From: Octopus vulgaris | Lineage: Eukaryota | NCBI GenBank assembly: GCA_951406725.2 | Contig: OX597823.1 | Location: 79,422,001-79,486,000, forward strand | DNA length: 64,000 nucleotides | Direction: 5' to 3' | In this document: piece by piece, positions 1-13,509 of the stretch | How positions within the stretch are numbered: the stretch's first letter is position 1 | Layout of the letters: each line of letters begins with the position of its first letter | Position numbers and translations under genes: made by a program | Notes under the pieces: model-generated | What the model was told of the DNA's origin: nothing | Seen by the model: the letters and a program-made list of their open reading frames with translations, nothing else | Databases searched by the model: none

Positions 1-205
1 TAGCAGCTGTCATTGCTGCCAAAGGAGGAGCAACAAGATATTGACTAAATTTCACGATTAATAACAATTATGTGGTATGCTGGGATATGTTTTAATAAAT
101 TTTTGAATAAAAACGAGTTCGTTTCTGATAATAAGTTAATTAAATTAAGAAAATGTAAGAAAATGTAGAAATTTGAGAAGTGCTAATTAATTTCCGACAC
201 AAGTG
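1..205 (+). mobile_element. Right end of a Tc1-family DNA transposon (transposase C-terminus and right TIR)
   Basis: 3..44 translates AAVIAAKGGATRY*, the typical Tc1 transposase C-terminus. The element ends ...tttccgacacaagtg followed by TA. Confidence 0.75.
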
Positions 206-213
206 TATATATA

Positions 214-586
214 CTAGCAGTATCACCCGGAGTTGCTCGGGTTTGTTTCGGCCCTTTAGAATTGGAAGTTTTGAACAATAAAAGTTTTCAATTCTGTAGC
301 TTGTTATTCTCTTTAAGTGAACATTGCTCTTGTTGAAATACACCGAAAAATGGCGACACAGCAGTTAAAAATCGTAAAAAATAGTGATTTTCATAGAAAA
401 AAAGCACCTTTTTGATATAAATAATTTTTGGTGTTAACATGGTCCGATTTGAATTTCTTTTGTACCGAACGAAGAGCAAGCCTTCTTCTATCATACTCTC
501 AATTTTGATCAACTTGCGCTGCAGGGTCTCGGAAGAGATAGTGTTAGTTGAAGACTACCAAACCTGCCATACACAGACAGCTTCAG

Positions 587-598
<12 letters not shown>
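214..598 (-). mobile_element. Non-autonomous Helitron, subfamily 1
   Basis: The minus strand ends in a cccg...cggg hairpin then CTAG|T, the same 3' end as the copies at 24444, 27278 and 38204. The 5' end runs into the (TA)n tract. The body matches 35001-35265. Confidence 0.75.
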
Positions 599-648
<50 letters not shown>

Positions 649-848
649 GTATTTCAATGTAATTAGATTGTGGTAAATAAATATCCAGTTTAAGATTGAA
701 ATAATATATCCTAGTATATATATATTGTTCGCAGAAATTTGTATCATTGAGGTTTTGCATGGCTTTAGATAACTGAAATATTAGCATCTTCATCTATTGC
801 AAGAAAGGAAAAAAATGTCGCACTTGTATGGGAGTATACACTTATACC

Positions 849-1247
849 CTTTTACTCTTTTACTTTTTACACCGCATTTTGTCGAGGAAATCGAGTCCAG
901 GACTTACTTTTTGTAAGCCTAGTACTTATTCTATCGGTTTCTTTTGCCGAACCGCTATATTACGGGGGACGTAAACACACCAGCATCGGTTGTCAAGGGA
1001 TGTTGGGCGGGTGGGGGTGGACAAACACAGACACACAACACACACACACATATATATATATATGTACATATGCATACATACGACGGGATTCTTTCAGTTT
1101 CTGTCTACCAAATCTACTCACCAAATCTACTTGGTCGGCCCGAGCCTATAGTAGAAGACAATTGCCCAAGGTGCCACGCAGTGGGACGAAACCCGGAACC
1201 ATGTGGTTGGTAAGCAAGCTATTTACCACACAGCCACTCCTTACTGC
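849..1247 (-). mobile_element. tRNA-derived SINE family B (GGCGCAGGAGTGGCTGTGTGG head, CORE-like ccttgggcaagt motif, internal TA/CA tract)
   Basis: Near-identical to the full copy at 26805-27194; has A/B-box-like head and (AAAAGAGT)-type tail. Confidence 0.85.
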
Positions 1248-1612
1248 GTAACCGCCGTTTCCCGGAGTTGATACCACTACGTGACTGTTCAGATTGCATC
1301 CGTTCACGTGACGTCGACTATACCACTCTACATTTGAAATGTGTATGTAATAGATTTGATACATTAAAGGAAAACTTTGTAGCGTTGTGTTTCATCATAA
1401 CTGCAGAGCAACGAGTGGAACAGGTATAAAAGAATAAGAGAATGCAGATATTACAAAAATGGTACGACACATTGAACATTAATCAGCTAGTGATAGAATA
1501 TATCGATGACTTCGGAAATCAGATACGTAATACATGATATAAAGCCTAACGGAAATTAAATGTACAGAAAGGCCATACTCTGTTATTTTGATTCAAGAGA
1601 GACAGAAAAACG

Positions 1613-1890
<278 letters not shown>

Positions 1891-2173
1891 CATATGTATA
1901 CCTATTTCTATGTAAATATACATGTGTGTATGTGTGTGTGTGTAATAGTGAAAGATGCAAAATCCTCTTGTTGTATGCTTCCATTTATTCGATTACCTGC
2001 CAATTGCAATGGTTAATATTGGATATAGTAAATATTAAATTGAATTTCTGGCGTAAATACTATTTGAAACATATGAAACATGTGGATAGCATTGCAAAAT
2101 ATGCGGAGGAATGGTACAGAATTTCACTTAGATGGATGTCAAGCACCTAACACCAAATATATATGTGTGCATG

Positions 2174-2215
<42 letters not shown>

Positions 2216-2266
2216 CACACACGTATATATATATATTGTATATGTGTGTATATATATGTGTATGCA

Positions 2267-2352
<86 letters not shown>

Positions 2353-2703
2353 CAAACGTATAATATGTTATTGAATAAGTTACTCCCGTTCGTAAGCAGC
2401 ACAAATACCGAAGCACACACACACACACCTACGCACAAGCGCATGTTTCCGTGTGTGTGTGTGTTGGGGGTGTACTTGTGTGTATGCTTGTATATGAGAA
2501 ATAGTGATACAGATATCATATTTTTAACTGGCTTTTCTGCCAGCTCAGAGAATTGAGTGCTTATAGAAACTGGAATATTAAACCAAGAAACATCTTTCCA
2601 CTTGTCTTTGTAGACAATCAGAAGTTGCTAGGCCAAGTTCTAGCCTCAACAGAATCTGTTTGGATTTCATTCCTCAGTTTACGGGTATTCAAACGAATGA
2701 ATG

Positions 2704-3103
2704 TCTGATAAGGGTACACAAGACACATGCATCACAACCATATCTGTGTGACATGGTGATCTCATATCAAGATAAACAGCACATGACCTTGCAGGTGGGA
2801 CCCAGTTGGAATTTTCTTCAGGTTGAGTAGCCCATCCTGCTCGAGATGTCTCTGAATAAGGGTTGTTTAAGGATTTTGAACAAAACACCCATGATTCCAG
2901 AGGTGAAATATTCAAACTCCAAAGAATCCGTCTCAACACATGGCTATGGTGCTCCCCCACTACTTCTACTCGTGATCAGAGATGCACATATCGCCAGCCA
3001 TTAATGGACAGGGTCAACTGGTTAAGGTCAAGCAACTGACAAGCAAATCTGTGGTATTGAGCAGAATATTTGTTGTAGCCCGTCTTTTATACCAAGACAA
3101 AAC
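2704..3103 (-). mobile_element. Partial copy of a ~540-bp non-coding interspersed repeat (family T, associated with TAA repeats)
   Basis: Reverse-complement homology to 54571-55108; adjacent to a (TTA/TTG)n tract. Confidence 0.75.
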
Positions 3104-3192
3104 GTTATTATTATTGTTGTTGTTGTTGTTGTTGTTATTGTGTGAAGAAGAAGAAGAAGAAGAAGAAGAAGAAGAAGAAGAAGAAGAAGAAG

Positions 3193-3221
<29 letters not shown>
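3104..3221. repeat. (TTA/TTG)n then (GAA)n trinucleotide repeats
   Basis: Read directly. Confidence 0.95.
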
Positions 3222-3223
<2 letters not shown>

Positions 3224-3837
3224 TATGCATTTTAGGCAATGGATCAACTGATGAAACGTATCCCAGTATTTCAGTGTATTAGTCCTATCGTCCAAGGGCT
3301 TTGTCAGAGAACTGCTAAATGAAAATAAGATAATCTTTCTTACAATAGAAATACCTTGAGCAATGTCAGACAACAAGTGTTTAAGTTAATGAAAAGAATG
3401 GTGTCGAGGAGAGAGAGAGAGCTGTTGAAAAAACTGGCATCTGTTATATTAGAATCTGTGAAAATCTTTAGCATTTGGTGCGTTTTGCTGACACAACGCG
3501 TTAAAATCTGACCTACGAAATATGATCAACAGGAAATGTTTTGCTACAACATCGACACAATGCCACAAATTTAGGAAGAGATAAAGAGTGAAAGAAAGAG
3601 TGAGTGTGAGAGAAATCGAACTAAAATTCTTGATTTGTATACTATTTTATCGATCTAACAAAGCTGACTAGCCGTTATGAAACCGGCAGTAGGTGAACTT
3701 AGAATGAACTTGATTTAATGGTGCAAGGTACTTAGTCAGCTTCTTATTGCGTTCTAGTTTTTTTTAAAAAAAAACAAAAAAACATTATGCTTTGTATTCC
3801 ATATGCTTTATTTTGCAAAAATATTATATGCGACTAA

Positions 3838-4380
3838 GGCGGCGAGCTAGCAGAAACGTTATCACGCCGGGGCGAAATGCTTAGCGGTATTTCGTCTGTC
3901 GTTACGTTGTGAGTTCAAATTCCGCCGAGGTCAACTTTGCCTTTCATCCTTTCGGGGTCGATAAATTAAGTACCAGTTACGCTCTGGGGTCGATATAATC
4001 GACTTAATACCTATGTCTGTCCTTGTTTGTCCCCTCTATGTTTAGCCCCTTGTGGGTAATAAAGAAATAGGTATTTCGTCTGCCGTTACGTTCTAAGTTC
4101 AAATTCCGCCGAGGTCGACTTCGCCTTTCATCCTTTCGAGGTCGATTAAATAAGTATCAGTTACGCACTGGGGTCGATGTAATCGACTTAATCCGTTTAT
4201 CCGTCCTTGTTTTTCCTCTCTGTGTTTAGCACCTTGTGGGTAGTAAAGAAATAGGTATTTCGTCTGTCCTTATGTTCTGAGTTCAAATTCCACCGAGGTC
4301 GACTTTGCCTTTCATCTTTTGAGTTCGATAAATTAAGTCATGGAATCGATATAATTGACTGGCCCCTCCCCCAAAATCCC
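3838..4380 (+). mobile_element. tRNA-derived SINE family A (GGCGGCGAGCTGGCAGAA head), trimeric array
   Basis: One head, then body units starting ggtatttcgtctg at 3886, 4070 and 4254 (period 184). Each unit carries the gcctttcatcctttcggggtcgataaa central motif. Confidence 0.9.
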
Positions 4381-4384
4381 GTAC

Positions 4385-4960
4385 GTCATAAATGCTCTGA
4401 AACATTGTGTTACCTGATGTTAAACATTGTGATTTGTGTGTATTCTCTCTGGAATTAAAAGCCTGAAATTTTATTATATTGTATTCCATCTTCCCATCAG
4501 TAAATGAGGTTCAGCTCATTTGGGATTGTGACGGTATCTTATGAAGTTTGGACAGCCATCGATATTTTTTGAAGCATCGCCGTAACTCTTTAGGTTGGCC
4601 GAGTGCATGTGTGACACTATAATTGATAGAGTGACGGTAAAAAACAGTGGTCCTGGCACCATGCCATGAGGAATTATCACTTATTACAGGTTACTTATCA
4701 GAGAGAAAACAATTTTCAGCAACAGATTGACTCCTTCACCAAGGAAGTTAAAGAATCATTCGCCAAGTTTTACCAATTTTCGCTCCATTTTGACAGATGA
4801 TTCCATGATCAGACTTGTCAAACGTCTTCGCAAAATCAATGCACACGCAGTCAGTGTCCTTTTCTCTCAATACATTGTTGAGAATAGTATAATGGTGCTG
4901 TGATAGTAGTGACAAGCAACTTCATCCAGTCCGAAAATAATACTACGTATTGTCTAAGAG
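4385..4960 (-). pseudogene. Degraded CR1/L2-type LINE reverse transcriptase fragment
   Basis: Minus strand reads DCVCIDFAKTFDKSDHG (compare DFxKAFDKVDH) and IPHGMVPGP (compare GVPQGTVLGP), interrupted by stops and frameshifts. Confidence 0.7.
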
Positions 4961-5045
4961 GTTGCTTTCCTTAATTTGCGCAATTATTTTCCGGACAATG
5001 CATTCGATAATTTTGGATGTGTAACATTTGAGAGAAAGAAATACG

Positions 5046-5275
5046 GGGGCGAGTTGGCAGAAACGTTAGCACGCCGGGCGAAATGCTCAGTTGTATTTCG
5101 TCTGTCGTTACGTTGTGAGTTCAAATTCCGCCGAGGTCGACTTTGCCTTTCATCCTTTCGGGGTCGATAAATTAAGTACCAGTTACGCACTGGGGTCGAT
5201 ATAATCGACTTAATCCGTTCATATGCCCTTGTTTGCCCCCTCTGTGTTTAGCCTCTTGTGGGTAGTAAAGAAATA
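5046..5275 (+). mobile_element. SINE family A monomer with the ...tgtgggtagtaaagaaat tail
   Basis: Homologous to the 3838 array. Confidence 0.9.
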
Positions 5276-5422
5276 TAGAAAGGTATGTGTAACTTTTAGC
5301 TTCAGCTCTGCTACCACCTTTGTGTTTCATATTGCTGTCTTACAAGTATAGAAAGTAAATGCTCGCTGACAGTATTTCTTAGTGTGTGTGTGTATGTGTG
5401 TGTGTAACCGTCTTTAAGTATA

Positions 5423-5808
5423 TGGAAGCACTCCGTCGGTTACGACGACGAGGGTTCCGGTTGATCCGAATCAACGGAACAGCCTGCTCGTGAAATTAAC
5501 GTGTAAGTGGCTGAGCACTCCACAGACACGTGTACCCTTAACATAGTTCTCGGGGATATTCAGCGTGACACAGAGAGTGACAAGGCCGGCCCTTTGAAAT
5601 AAAGGTACAACAGAAACAGGAAGTAAGAGTGAGAGAAAGTTGTGGTGAAAGAGTACAGCAGGGATCACCACCATCCCCTGCCGGAGCCTCGTGGAACTTT
5701 TAGGTGTTTTCGCTCAATAAACACTCACAACGCCCGGTCTGGCAATCGAAACCGCGATCCTATGACCGCGAGTCCGCTGCCCTAACCACTGGGCCATTGC
5801 GCCTCCAC
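5423..5808 (-). mobile_element. tRNA-derived SINE family C, full length, with TSD
   Basis: Head GTGGAGGCGCAATGGCCCAGTGGTTAG...GTTTCGATT. Flanking direct repeat accgtctttaagtatatg at 5407-5424 and 5807-5824. Matches 28954-29339. Confidence 0.9.
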
Positions 5809-6565
5809 CGTCTTTAAGTATATGTAATGAATAGCCAGTGGATTGGTACATCGACAAAATGTTTATTGACGGTTGTTCCAACGCTTTACTTACTGTGTTC
5901 AAATCTCACCATGCTAAAAAATAAATGTACCTTTTATCTTTTCCAACTCGATAAAATAGAGTATCAGTTAAGTATTGATTGGCAATAATATGGGACTGAC
6001 ACCGCTCAACTCAAAATTGCTGGACTTGTATTTGAATTATAAAATTATAAACCATTATTCGCCCAGCTGTCGACGTGTAACGAAATATTTTTACTCTTCA
6101 TCAAGGAGGGAGGCGCAAAAGTCACTTTGTTATTTAAAACTTACATAACATTTTAATAGAATGACAATAGAACATTTGGTTTTGTTATATCTATTTGAGA
6201 ACTTGGAATGTACTTTTAACTAATTATTGAATATAAAATCCCATACATAACTTCCATTCCCAATCATAAAGATTCGATCATTTCCATTACGGTTAGTAAT
6301 GTATCTGGCTCCAGTATTCTAAATTATTGCCGAATATTGTTCTTCCGTTTCTGAAGTGTTTGGGCTCAAAATAATTTCGTCTAAATGGATAATGCATTTA
6401 TTTTTCAATTGAAGAAGTTATTTAAGTGTTAAAATGGCATGTGTCGGTTCCCAAAACTTACATTATTACAATATAATGTTGTATTTAAATGGCTTACATG
6501 GTACATTGAATGAATGCGCTTCGGTTTCAACGCGTGAATGCAGATCAAGTCATTTAATATATAAC

Positions 6566-6657
<92 letters not shown>

Positions 6658-6884
6658 TATATACATATGTATATATACATATACGTATGTCATTATTCAG
6701 TTTATTTCAAGATTTTTTATCAATACAGAAAGAACTGGTTTCTAACGTAGATTCAAGGCTCCTTCATTGAAATTTCAACTTCAACAACAGGGTTTTTTGT
6801 ATGTATGTATGTATGTATGTATGCATGTATGTGCAGATTTGTATGTTTTATGTATGTATACACATGTATATATAGTTGCATATC

Positions 6885-7495
6885 TAGACATGCTCATATA
6901 TATTTATCTGATAAACTTCTGGAAACTGAGATTTTTTCAGTTCTGTGATAAACTAGATCTGTAGTCTACGAATAAACTTTCTCCTTTCTGGTTTTGAGAA
7001 GCCTAATTTCTCAAGATTGGTATTTAGGCAATCTGTTACATATTCCAGGGCCCAGTAATTACAGGTATAAATCTGAACTTGTAATCTTGATAGTAACTGA
7101 AGATTTCTCAATAGTTTAGTATAGGTCTTCCCTTTTTCACTTATCTTCAGCTTTATGTTCACATCAGTTGGGCAGCTAATTTCCCCAGCTGTGCACAGTT
7201 TCTCTTCTCTTTCCCAAATCATTGAGGTCTTTACTGAGGCATTCCACCAGTATTCCTTTAAATTGTGAGTGGCTATGGCTTCTACCATATTGTGGGTTCT
7301 TATTTCTTTGCTCTCGGGATTATCCTTCCGATGGATTTCATTATAAACTGTCCTAGCTACAACGTTATGTCTCATCGGTAGATAATACCATGATGACATT
7401 TTCGAACAACTGCTTATGATGTGGGTGATATCTTCAGTGTGAACTCCACAAACTCTGCATCGGTTGTCACATTTTAATGCTTTTCCTGCATCATA
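6885..7495 (-). pseudogene. 3' part of an R4/Dong-type (restriction-like endonuclease) LINE ORF
   Basis: CCHC knuckle CRVCGVHTEDITHIISSC followed by RHN, WWN and EISCP motifs; frameshifted. Confidence 0.8.
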
Positions 7496-7624
7496 GATAT
7501 GTGGGTGTGTGTGTGTAATGAGAGTTTTAAAAAAAATCTAAAGACGAAGCAAGTGTGTAAACAACAAACGGATGCTATATATATATACTTGTTCCACCTT
7601 GTTTCACATTTATGTGTTTGCTCC

Positions 7625-7661
<37 letters not shown>

Positions 7662-7869
7662 CGCAAAGAAGTAGTAGTGGTTTTAATCCCAACAGATAGC
7701 TTACAGCACTTTGATAAAACCCAGACTTGGTTAACCACACCGAATGATAGGAAACATTTAATATCGCTTAGAATAAATAATTGAACTGTACGCCCTTTGC
7801 GTAGTAAATTCTGAATTCACTTCATTGGATTTTGTATAGAGTGCATCTTGTATTCTCAACACATAATAA

Positions 7870-8077
7870 TCCTTTCTAATATTGGCACACGGCTTGAAGT
7901 TTTGGGGGAAAGGTATAGTCTATTATATCGACCTTAGTACTGGACTACTACTTATTTTATCGACCTCGAAAGAGAATGAAAATCAAAGTCGACCTCGGCA
8001 AAATTTCAACTCAAAACGGACGAAATGTTGCTAAACATTTTGTCCGGAGGGCAAACGATTCTGCCAGCTCGCCGTCT
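7870..8077 (-). mobile_element. SINE family A, diverged
   Basis: Contains aaagtcgacctcggc and the ctgccagctcgcc head on the minus strand. Confidence 0.8.
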
Positions 8078-8561
8078 TATTTATCAACACATGATAATGA
8101 AGAAAGAGTGAATTAGACATATGTAAACTTTATTTATTATTTTTTAAAAAGCGTTCTCTTCATATTAGGTACCGATATGTGCTTCAGTTAAATAAGCGTC
8201 TTATTCAGTTAATAAGCTTAAATAAAACCAGAACTATCGCCATATCATATCTCCCAATTCTTTATACTCCTCACCAAAAGGATATTTTAAGAAATTATAT
8301 TTAATATCAGAATCTTTAGTTCGCTTCACTCCACCTTCCCATGGGAAACACTTTGAATATAGTTGCATAGGATTGTCAACCCATGTGTTTGGACGTGTTC
8401 TGTAATTGACTTAATATAAATCGACTAAATGCAGAAAGCTCTCATATCAAAGGTCTCTAAGACACGTATCGGTAGAAACACGTATCGGAATATAATATAG
8501 AGAAAAAAGTTTTTTAATAAATGAATTTTAAAAATGTATATCTCTCTATTGTTCATTAAAG

Positions 8562-8916
<355 letters not shown>

Positions 8917-9603
8917 GTGAGAGAGAGACTTTAAACAAAGTCAGGAGGTATGAAATTAATATATTTATTTCAACTATTGATATCCATAGGATGATGCCCG
9001 TTTCGCAGCCATTTTCGTGCAGGCATAACTTACTTTAATGTATAATAAATTATACGTCTGCACTAGTGCGTATGCTGTAGATTGCATGTTAATATTGTAG
9101 TTATATATGTAGAAAAAGAAAGACGTATAGAATCTCCTATGCGTAATTCTAATTCTTACATTGAAAACGAATGCAGATATAGAAGGCTAGCTCACCAGAT
9201 CAACAGACCATTATGGCTACATCAATTTTTCAACTCCGGTATATGCATACAAAAAAGTTAACTCATAATATCACAATATTCATGTATGGAAAGCAATTAT
9301 TTATTGTTTTTTATTTATTGTTTTATTTTCAATGTGACGAACATAGCAATAGAACAGAAGGTATATTTTTAATTCCATGTTACACGTGTTACAGGTTACG
9401 CGTGTTACATGTTACACGTGTTACATAGAATTACATATCTCTAATTCTTCAACACAGATTTTATTTTCTATAATCTTTGAGGATTTACAGATAGGAGTTT
9501 CTGTGGGGGTTTTTTGCTTGTATAACTTTATAACACATATCTTGTAATGAAACACATGTAACATAGGGGAAAATATGTATCAATTATATACGATATATGT
9601 TTG

Positions 9604-9643
<40 letters not shown>

Positions 9644-9862
9644 GAGAGAGAGAGACAGGCAGACAGACAGACAGCGAGTGAGTGAAGGAGTGAGTGAGTG
9701 AGTGAATGAGAGACAGACAGAGTATGTATGTATATACGTATACATATATATATATACATATATATATATATAGGGAGAGTTTACGAAAAAAACAAAAGAC
9801 GAAGACAGGTAGTGTACAAAACAAACAGATGTATTAGTATAACGCTCAGGAATAGAAAAAGT

Positions 9863-9898
9863 CTTTTATATTTCGAGCCTACGCTCTTCTACAGAAAG
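9863..9898 (-). ncRNA. Minimal type-I hammerhead-like motif (CUGUAGA core) inside a short element flanked by TA/GT repeats (~9772-9975)
   Basis: Minus strand: cttt CTGTAGA A GAGC gtag GCTC GAA ATAT A aaag. Same motif as 58766-58801. Confidence 0.55.
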
Positions 9899-10228
9899 GG
9901 ACAAAGAAAAAAACAAGGAGAGAAACAAACAGAGAAAAAAAATGTGTGTAGTGGCTGACGATCTATCATGGCGACTGGTATACATACCATGTGTGTGTGT
10001 GTGTGTGTGTGTGTCTGATGTGTGTATGTTGGGGAGTGCGCATTATCCATATACTTGTATAAATATATGCTCGTATGAAAAATAAATGTATGAATTTTGC
10101 GAAAATAATCCTAATATTTACGATGAAAAGAATTAAGTAAACAAGTGATTTCATAATTGTGAATTTGGCAATATTTCAAAATAATACGGGGAAATTTATC
10201 TTCTTGCGTTGATTATTATTATCATTAA

Positions 10229-10282
<54 letters not shown>

Positions 10283-10802
10283 GTTCTTTTAAATAAATAA
10301 AAGATATAAAATCTGGGAAAAAAAGAAAACAAGACTAAATATATGATTGTACATGTATTTATTGGTGTATGATGATATATCCTGTTGGCGATAACATATA
10401 TCACGGAAGAAGCTTATTTTCGTAAGCTTGAAAATAAACTGTTGATACATAGGTGAATGCTTCTTGACCCTAGCTCATTCAAATGAGTCTATACTGAACT
10501 ATATCTGCTCCCTTGCTTTGCTAATTTTGTTTCTTTCTTTCGGTCATTCTTTCCTTTTTTTTCTTTCATAATTCGTGTTTTTCTTTTCTGCTTAGAATCA
10601 GGGATCAATTTCTTGCAAACCCATACGGACAGTAAGGCTTAGAAAATATATTGTTGAAGTTGCGTGCAATTGTAACAAAATCTCTCTTATATCTGCTGCT
10701 GTGCATTTAACAACATTTTTTTTCCGTATAGTAACACACGCACACACACACACACACACAGACACAGACACAAACACTAACATACATATATATAATATAT
10801 AC

Positions 10803-10903
<101 letters not shown>

Positions 10904-11063
10904 GTATGTATGTATATGTATGTATGTATGTATGTATGTATATATGTACGTATGTATGTATGCATGCATGTATGTATGTCTGTATGTGTATATATATGAA
11001 TGTATCGTCAGTTCATTCATATATCCGAAAAAGAAGCACTAGAGCGGTAATATATTTTTAGGA

Positions 11064-11364
11064 GTGGAGGCACATGGCCTAGTAGTTAGAGCAGCGGACT
11101 CGCGGTCGAGGGATCGCGGGTTCGAATCTCAGACCGGGCGATGTGTGTACTTATGAGCGAAACACCTAGACTCCACGCGGCTCCGGCAGAAGCTAATGGC
11201 GAACTTTTGCTGACTCTTTCGCCACAACTTTCTCTCACTCTTTCCTCCTGCATCTTGCAGCTCACCTGCGACGGACCGGCGTCACGTCGAGGTGGGGAAC
11301 CTATACGCGAAGGAAACCGGTAAACCGGCCTTCTGAGCCAGGCATGGCTTGAGAAGGAAGAAAC
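11064..11364 (+). mobile_element. tRNA-derived SINE family D (head related to family C, different 3' half), with TSD
   Basis: TSD atatttttagga at 11052-11063 and 11365-11376; homologous to the 17094 and 58130 copies. Confidence 0.9.
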
Positions 11365-11477
11365 ATATTTTTAGGAAGTTATTTGCTATACCCATTGACG
11401 AGTCGCCTATACGGTTAAGCGTTTTAGAGGTGCGAAGCCAATGGTCGCTTTTTGACCTGACATAACATTTCACTTCC

Positions 11478-11539
<62 letters not shown>

Positions 11540-11868
11540 TTGAGAGAAAAGAAAAAGAATGTCTTCACTAGAAGTTATAATCAGTTTAATTTAATATTTT
11601 TAATTTTTTAATGATATAAATTTTAGTTCATAGAGCTAGTAAGTTCCTTGTTAACTTGGGTGATGAGAATTCATTGCTAAAAAAATATCTTGTTAAATTC
11701 TTTGGAAGAAGTTAACGAGAATTTTTTTTTCTTTTTAATTCTTCACACCCAAATTAGCCAAGAACTTAGTAGCTCTATGAACTAACGTTTATATTATTAA
11801 AAAATTGAAAGAAAAATAAATTAAACTGATTAGAACTACTTCTGAAGTCATTCTTTTTCTTTTTTCAA
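11540..11868. repeat. Imperfect ~330-bp fold-back (inverted repeat) between TA tracts
   Basis: ttgagagaaaagaaaaagaatgtcttc pairs with gaagtcattctttttcttttttcaa; ttagttcatagagcta pairs with tagctctatgaactaa; centre near 11703. Confidence 0.85.
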
Positions 11869-11903
11869 ATAGCCCCAACTGTGCCAAGGATCTCATGCAT
11901 TTT

Positions 11904-11944
<41 letters not shown>

Positions 11945-12095
11945 AGGTAATGGCGTCAGTAAGACCCAAATGTGTCTGATAAGGCTGATTAAGTGCTATG
12001 GATAGACCATAGTTAAGCTCCAGGTTCGGTGATTGTGAGAATAAGGAGCCCAACGCAGGTCATATATCAGCGTTTGTATATATTAAACATTTTTC

Positions 12096-12530
12096 AGATT
12101 TTAGAACATTTATAAATAGGTATTACTATATATTACTTATTATATTATATTATATTATATTATATTATATTACTTATTATATCCCTTCATCGGAGATGGT
12201 GTAAGAAGATGGTTAAGCAATAGTTAATTTAGATAAGATACGAAACAGAGAGTCAATTGGCGGAATGAAAATAGATATGAGCTATGCAGGGATATTGCAT
12301 TTGTAGATCCATGATTTAGGCTGATTCCAATACCTTGTGAATAAAATCCAATAGTATCTGAAATTGGTCATTCTAAGTATAGAGTGTATAGTACACAGTG
12401 CTATTGAATCAAGGGTTTTATTTAAAGTGACCTAATTGCTTAACCATATTCTCATACCGTCTCCGATGAAGGGATATAATAAATATCCTGGAAACAGCTG
12501 TAACACCTATTTATAAATTGTCTAAAATCT
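12096..12530. repeat. Inverted repeat (arms ~12096-12234 and ~12421-12530) with a hammerhead-like motif in the right arm (12459-12506)
   Basis: atatcccttcatcggaga pairs with tctccgatgaagggatat. Right arm reads CCGATGA AG GGATAT aataa ATATCC TG GAA ACAGCTGT A. Confidence 0.7.
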
Positions 12531-12569
12531 TCACAGCCTTGGTTTTTTTTAATCTCATTCTGAAAATAA

Positions 12570-12633
<64 letters not shown>

Positions 12634-12728
12634 ACCGGAGTAAACACATAAATATGAAACAAGGTGGATAAAAGAGTACTCAAAAACCTGGGGTAGAGTA
12701 ATATGCTTTATCTAAAAGCAGCAGAAAG

Positions 12729-12780
12729 TAACAAAACCTGTTACTCGGAGTTTCACGTTCCCGTTCGTCGGACAGTTTTG

Positions 12781-12783
<3 letters not shown>
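12729..12783 (-). ncRNA. Minimal type-I hammerhead motif (U4C core variant) in a ~150-bp insert between TA tracts
   Basis: Minus strand: taacaaaactgt CCGACGA ACG ggaa CGT GAA ACTC c GAGT A acaggttttgtta. All three helices pair. Confidence 0.7.
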
Positions 12784-12816
<33 letters not shown>

Positions 12817-13016
12817 TGTGTATGTACGTGTATGTAGATATGTATGGATGTTTGTATATATATCTAACTTACCCCTTGCTTTGCTACTTGTTCTTTATTC
12901 TTTCTCCCGACTATATATATAGAACTCCTGAATACTAACTGTAAATAAATTTTGTATCACTTGACTCTCTATCTGAAGCGAAACATACACATGTGTGTGT
13001 GCCTGTGCGTGCGTGC

Positions 13017-13066
<50 letters not shown>

Positions 13067-13425
13067 TTGTGTGTGTGTCTGCGTATTAGTTTATTTCACT
13101 GCATTCGCGGATTCTCATTACACTGTCGCCATCCAATTTCATTCTGATGAATTTGGATTGGGAGTTTGAATCATAGCGAATCTTTCATTAGCTGATTACA
13201 CATCCATGGACACCATCTCCACGTATGCGTTGCAGTTCCTCTCCTCATAAAGTTTGGTGATCCTGACCGTTAAACTCCTAGGATTCCTCCGCTCAGCATC
13301 AATGTAAGAAGCGCTGTTGGCTCAGCTCAGCTCTTCCGCTACTTCTTCAAAATCCGCCATGCCACAGTTCCATAACATCAACGTATATGTATGTATGTAT
13401 GTATGTATGTACGTATGTATGTATG

Positions 13426-13459
<34 letters not shown>

Positions 13460-13509
13460 TGTATGTATGTATGTATGTATGTATTTATGAATTAATATAT
13501 GTATGTATG

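Noticed and set aside
3886-4380. Regularly spaced repeats resembling a CRISPR array (also 15346-15730 and 26717-26780)
   Set aside because: The units repeat in full with no unique spacers, there are no cas genes, and the context is eukaryotic.
5740-5808. tRNA-like sequences at SINE heads (also 11064, 17094, 28954, 36327)
   Set aside because: A/B boxes are present, but they continue into SINE bodies with TSDs and I could not close an acceptor stem; not called as tRNA genes.
6726-6785. Possible minus-strand hammerhead variant (TCAATGA...GAAACCAGTT)
   Set aside because: The core and all helices are too degenerate to support from this copy alone.
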